Source of the DNA: Psammoneis japonica
Lineage: Eukaryota
Direction of reading: 5' to 3'
NCBI GenBank assembly: GCA_008632985.1
Contig: QPGO01000063.1
Location: 372,001-412,276, forward strand
DNA: 40,276 bases
In this document: positions 34,501-40,276 of the stretch, in pieces
How the letters are laid out: every line of letters starts with the position of its first letter
Numbering within the stretch: position 1 is the stretch's first letter
Translations under genes and position numbers: made by a program
The notes under the pieces: generated by a model
Told to the model about the DNA's origin: nothing
Seen by the model: only the letters and a program-made list of their open reading frames with translations
Database searches by the model: none

Positions 34501-36375
34501 TTAGTCTGCACTTGACAGTTTTTTCTCCAAGATGTGCAATGCAAAATGAGCTGTTGAAAACTTGGTCCAGGCAAGAAATGGCCTCCTGGTGACAAATGTG
34601 GGAATTGGCACTGGAGGAGGAAGTGCAAATGGGGCCACTTTCATTTTCTTTCCTTCCCACAAATCATCTCTGCCTTCTGTCTTTGGGAATGAAACTTGCA
34701 CTGCAGCTCCCATGCTGAAAAGGCAGTTACATCCTGCACCAAGCTCTGCTTTAAAACCAGAGCCAATGACAACTTGTGCTTTGAGATGTGCAGTTAATTT
34801 TGCAGTGAAATCGAAGGTGAGAGTTCCGAGTTTGGTGCCATTTGGGGTGGTCATTGGAACCTCCTCACTTTCTTCTAAATCAAGAATGTTGAATGGAAAT
34901 TCCTTTTCCAACTCTGCCTTTGCCAGCGCTTTGCTCTTCACAAAACATTCCTTGACAAGCTGTCCGCAAAAGTTGTGGAGGTTCTCACGAGCATTGTCAT
35001 GGAATGCATCGACTTGGGAATCAACACACAGCATTTCAAAGATGAACATTGGTGAACTGTCCACAGCAAGGGTGCACTGATCCACAGAATTGACACATCC
35101 AACTTTCGTGATGAAGGGCCTGCCATCCTTGAGAGTGCCAACAATCACGTTGTCTGCTTCTGCATTCAGATCAAGAATGTTGAGACCCATCACCGCAAGA
35201 TTGTAGACAGTGGTTCTGCTGGGTGAGGCATTTTTGGTGAAATCACTGGCAGTTTCATTCCTTGTGTCAAATTCAAAGTCTTGACCTTCATCGTGATGGT
35301 GTTGTCAACAACCCTGAAGACTTCCCGCACAAAAACCAAGGAAGAGTTGAAGGTCTTCACAATGACCCCATCTTTCAATTTTGGACCAATTGGAGAAATG
35401 ACTGCAGTTGCCTGTTTGTTGTTAGAAAGGAAGAATTTGCCAACAGTTGCTGCAACAAGAGCAGTGCACTCAACATCTTCTGGCAGATTGCGGAATGAAA
35501 TGCTGGTCACATTTGTTGCAGCATTGGCCAAAGAAATGTTGATGGGAGAGGGGACAACTTCTACACCACGTTCAAGAAAATGTGATGAATGACTTCTTGC
35601 CATCTCTCCCTCATGCATCTTGCAGCTCCTTCACAAATGTCACTGACAAACATCAGTTCTTTCCAAGCCACATCCAGCTGCTTGCAGAAGGTGGAACAAG
35701 CCGACTCAAGACTGAGAAAAATCACATCGACATCCATGCATGCCTTGTGTGGCTTTGGACCACCTTTCTTGCCACCTTTTCTGGTCGACAACTTCTTTCC
35801 TTGCTTTTTGTCAGAAGATTGTGTTCCTTTTTTCCTTTCTTTGGACCACCTTTCTTGCCGCCTTTTCCGGTTGACGACTTCTGTCCTTGCTTTTTGCTGG
35901 TGGATTTTGTTCCTTTTTCTGCTTTCTTCTTGCTGGTGGATGATTTAACGCTGGTGCTGGATCTCCCTCCCCTCCCCATCAAACTCCACAGCCTCATCCC
36001 TCCCAATTGTGTCTCAGGTCTGTGGCTGCTCTGATGGTTGGAGCAGCCATGACCACAAAGTCTTCCCTGATCACCTTGATTCTCCTAACTCCAAGCAGGT
36101 TCATTGCTTTTGGAATCGGTTTCATGCTTGATGCCAGGATCAGTGCCATTTCGAGTCTACAAGAAAGGGTCAAAAAGCATGTGTCAGAGTTGGCAGAGCA
36201 AGTTCATTTGTCAGAGAGCAGCCGCAGCATGTTCTTTGCCATCACACTTGTGAATTCTGCACACGCAGATTTGGAAAAGAACATCATGGGGCATTGGTCA
36301 CCAGGCCCTCAAAGAACATCACAAAAACTTTCATTCTCTTTGTTGATCAAGGACAGCACAGCAATTGTTGAATGA
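34501..36375 (-). pseudogene. Fossil of an unidentified protein-coding gene with a Lys-rich repeated linker
   Basis: Abutting, protein-like, Tyr-free minus-strand ORFs 35190-35618 and 34501-35193, preceded by a duplicated STxKGGKKGGPK segment (35755-35880). Boundaries approximate. Confidence 0.5.
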
Positions 36376-36916
36376 CAAACACAAAGCACTGACTTTCTGT
36401 GACACAAAAAACAAAATTGTGAGAATGTGCAGATCTTTTGATTTTGTGGGCCAGTGGAGGAGTCTTGTTGATCAGTTGACTTCAAAATTCAAAAAGCGCT
36501 CATCGGGAAAAAAGGAGTGCAGCATCAAATTTATGTGCTGTCATTTTCAAAAGCCTTTGATCAACACGAAGAAGCACCAGACCATGATTAGATTTCAAAA
36601 AGTGCTTGTTTTAGAAATGGATGCACAGCATCAAATTTAAGAGCTGCTTTTTGATGAACTTACAAATCAAGATTTTTTGGCAGAAAGATGACAGTTGACA
36701 ATTCAAAAAGTGTTTGCTTGCCAAGTGATGACATGTTCATTAATTGTGCAGCCACTGCACATGCTGCACTGTGTGACAGACAGCACATCGTCATCATGTG
36801 CTGCACCGGCAGGGCTCTGGAAGTGCTGTGCAGTGTGCACAACACATCATGCACACAGCATGTGTGATCATGGCATCCATCATTCCACCGCAGAAACAAG
36901 AGGCATCACACGCCAT

Positions 36917-36935
36917 GTGTGTGTGTGTGTGTGTG
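36917..36935. repeat. (GT)n microsatellite
   Basis: Run of about nine GT units. Confidence 0.85.
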
Positions 36936-37282
36936 CAGACACACATCATGTGCCCACCCTGCCCGTCCATCTGCCACCCATCCTTCGCCCACCGTCCGCA
37001 CCACAATCGCTCATCGCCATGGGATTTTCTGTCACAATGTTCTCGTTGACTCACAAATTAATTGCGTTGATCATTTCAACACTGTGCACTCTTGATGATG
37101 GTCTGTGTGCCATTTTTGCCATGCTGAACAAAGAAGCTCATGGGAAAGGGGGAGCTCATCTGGCAAGCTCCTGAGCAACAAAAACAAGGAAGAGTGTTGA
37201 GAAATTTCAAATGTGACAAAGAAGATCTCAGGGGGGGGGGGGGAGAGAAAGGGAGATGTGATGAGGTGTGACAAGCAGCCAA

Positions 37283-37700
37283 TCAATTGATGAGGAAACG
37301 CACTTTCTTGGGTGTGTGCACAAACTTGTGTGCACAAACTTGAGTCATTTGGCATTCTCTTTGGCACTCTCTTTGTGCACTGTGGGTGCTTGTGGGAGAG
37401 ACACATGGACAGTCAAATTGTTTCTGCCCTGGTTGGCAACTGGCAGGCACTTGAGTTTGAGTGCCTGCACACCTGGGAGTGCACTCATCTCTGGAGTGTG
37501 CACATTCAACCACTGCCCATGGTTCTGGTGGGTGACTCGGTTCACCTCAGTCTTTGTTGCCTTGGCCCACTCTTCAGCATCTGAACCTTTCACAGCACTG
37601 TGAAAAGAGAGCATGTGCCAGTGTTCTTTTGCTCTTCTGCTTGGTCATGGTGCAGGCTCCAGGCTCCAGGGTCTACAACACCACAGGCAGCACTTGAGTG
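37283..37700 (-). pseudogene. Probable copia fragment at the start of the RT domain
   Basis: VVDPG..., SAVKGSDAEEWAKATKTEVNR and CAHKFVHTPKKVRF resemble the pre-RT and RT N-terminal motifs of copia elements. Confidence 0.45.
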
Positions 37701-39827
37701 ACAAAAAGGCAGGCTGGCTGCACACCTTGTCCAGATGGGGCCTGGTCCTCTTCCACTCAGCACATTTGGCACATCAAAGTTGACCCTTGCTTGGCAGACC
37801 CTTTGAATGCACACTTGGAGGTGTTTCAACCAGAGAGAGAGAGAGAGCTGCAGGTTCAGGAGGTGCTTCAGGGGGCACGGGGGGCAGGAAATTGTTGTCT
37901 TCCCTCACAGGTGTGACTCAACTCATTGCATCTTGGAGTTGTTGGTCCTCTGCAAGCAGCACCAAATATTGCAGCTTGAAGTTTTGATGAACACACACTT
38001 CTCTGCTGGCTGCCTCTTTTTTTGTGCCTTCTGAAGGTGCTCTAGAGGAGCAAGCCACTCACCTTGCAGATGCACTGTTTGACCCTTCTTGAGTGGTGTG
38101 TGGGTCAACTGCTCAAGATGCAGTTGCTTCAAGTGACCAAGTGGATCCATGAAGCAGCAGTGAAAAGACTGTAAAAATCACATGATGCTGAGCAGCACAG
38201 CAACTCCAGTTTGAAAATTGAGGACTTGCAGAACTTTGCTTGATTGGGGGGCTGCCGTCACCAAGGTGACTTCTTGTCTGAAGGAAGAGCTGGGTTGAGA
38301 ACACAAGCTGGACATCTCCACATGTGAGCATTTCTCAAATGTTGGCAAGGCACTGGGCTGGGCTGGAGCCAGCAAAAATGTCTGCTTGGCAATGTCTGAT
38401 GGAGTTGGAAGTGACACCACAGATGTGCTCAGCAGCAAAAGAAACAGCTGTGAGCCATGATGAACTGTCAACTCCCCCCCCCCCCCCCCTTTTCAACAGA
38501 GTGATGTGTGTGATTGAGCACTGCTCTTCTCATGTTAAAGATTGGTCAAATCCTTCATTTGGCAAGAACTTCATTCTGATGACAAGTGTTGCCAGCACCA
38601 CAAAGCCCATGTTGTGGCTCACGCCCGTTCATGGGCATGCCTGAACAAATGAGTTGTCTTTGAACACGCTGCTGTTGGCAAGAAACTTTTGAGCAGCCAC
38701 CATGGTCTGGAGCATGCCTTTCAAATGCATGCTTTGCTTGCACATGGTCTCCACAAATGAAAAGTCAAATTGGTGCTCAGCCTGAACACACCCTCTGAGA
38801 TGTGGTTGACAAAGGCCTGTCCTCCCCTGAATTGCTTGGATGTGGCTTTCCCATGGGAGTCGCAGGCCCAGGAGACAAAATTCAAAGTTGTCAATGCTGA
38901 AAGCTTGACCCATTTGCAAATCTCTTGTTGATCTCAGAGAGATTGCTTGACTGAGTCAGCGCCCGAGCCTCTGAGGGTGACAATGCTGTGGTGCAAAACA
39001 GCATGTGCTGGTTTTTTTCTGGCCATCTGTCAATGCAAATGCAACAAGTCTGGTGGACTTTGCCTTGAAGAGGAGCCATTGGCAACAACTGACTCTTCAG
39101 TTCTGTGGACTTAAGTGTGATCTCCAAGCCTTCCATCAACTTCTTGGGGTCTGGCACCACAGTGCCACCAGTCTCAAGTGAGCTTGAACTCGGCATGGCT
39201 TGGTCTCTTAAGTGTGAAGACAGGAAGGGCAAAAGTGGAATCATCTGCTTTCCTGGGTTTGCTTCAGAGAAAATGTCTGCGGTGATGAACTTGGCAAGGA
39301 GCTTGACACCAGTGCACAAACTGGGCAGAATGGCCAATGGAGAGACAACACAGAGCTTGACACACAAGCTCCAGAGCTCTCTGAGGTTGGTTGCAATAGA
39401 AGTGCGCACAAAGGTAAACAGTTGTTTGTTCAAAGTGTTGTTTTCTAGAGAGCATGGCAAGGTCGTTGCGATTTGCAAAAAGCGATTTGAACAATGAGTG
39501 TCGATGAGTCTGGGTCGTCGTGATGAGCAGCGATCAAATAATGACGTTGAATCGTGACTCGACTACTCTGAGTTCGCTGACAGTTTCATGGTGAAGGCAC
39601 GATGCGACGGGCACAGGGATCTGCGAATGAAGACATGTGAATTGTGTAACTAGACATTATAGAAATGGACATGCTGCAGTAAGATGGCCGTTGACTCAGA
39701 GTCGGGAGACAGCACTCTAGGTGACCTAACGTCCTCCAGCAACAAATGACCGAATTTATGAGTCCATAGAACATCCCTTTCGAGATTCAGAACTGAAGCG
39801 CAACCGAGATTTGCTTCTTATGGCACT

Positions 39828-40276
39828 CTAATCATGAAGAGAAAACACATAGACGGAACCCGATGAATCGCCATTGACATTACGTCCGTAAGCGCCAACT
39901 CCAACTACGGTGCCGTCTGCTGACAAGGACACGGAATGGCCGAAAAAATCTTGTGCAGCTTCGCCATTTAGGGGGTCACCACCGGGACCCATCCCATAGA
40001 AATACTGTCGTATTGAAAGATTGCAACTTGACCGGTGTTTGTTACTCCGTTGCTGTTATGGTTCACAATTCCGACAGCCATGACACTCCCATCGGGCTCA
40101 ACGACACCGAATAACCAAACAGATCACCAGGCTGTTGTGTTTCGAGAGTTTGGCCACGACGTGCCCATTCCGACTTCGGACGGTCATATGCATACACGGA
40201 AACTCTGCCCTTCTTCTCGGGGTCGAATTCTTCGAAATCTCGTGGTGCACCTACCGCCAAGATCAAACCGCTGTCT
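39828..40276 (-). CDS. 3' part of an FG-GAP/integrin-alpha-like beta-propeller repeat protein (5' end outside the window), with two apparent 1-bp frameshifts
   Basis: ILAVGAP...GRVSVY...GDLFGYSVSLSP, then in a shifted frame DGSVMAVG...GQVAIF, then GDPLNGEAAQDFFGHSVSLSADGTVVGVGAY...GSVYVF and stop TAG at 39830-39828. Confidence 0.82.

Noticed and set aside
38891..39497. Overlapping 195-aa (minus) and 130-aa (plus) ORFs as genes
   Set aside because: They lie in a TpA/CpG-depleted block where open frames arise easily, and show no recognisable motif.

Overview
Eukaryotic genomic DNA, most likely from a diatom (inferred from CoDi-type copia motifs, a diatom-type non-LTR element and the gene families). 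Small islands of ordinary host genes lie between large blocks of transposon-derived DNA. The genes are a GERNSGT P-loop/sulfotransferase-like protein, a duplicated type II membrane protein, a 2H cyclic phosphodiesterase, alpha-SNAP and an FG-GAP repeat protein. The transposon blocks hold a full-length Ty1/copia LTR element (573-7673, minus) with a nested MITE, a decayed RNase H-bearing LINE, further copia remnants, a second MITE and tandem repeats. The main signal is that the repeat blocks have almost lost the dinucleotide TpA, converted to TpG or CpA on both strands, while neighbouring genes keep it. The two LTRs show the direction: 12 of 17 mismatches are TA versus TG/CA. Conserved tyrosines in the retroelement enzymes have become His or Cys (YVDD to HVDD, YGLK to HGLK). 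Surviving TpA sites are mostly in YTAR context. This looks like a repeat-targeted A:T to G:C hypermutation system, the reverse of fungal RIP, acting alongside CpG decay. All counts were made by eye and no database searches were run.
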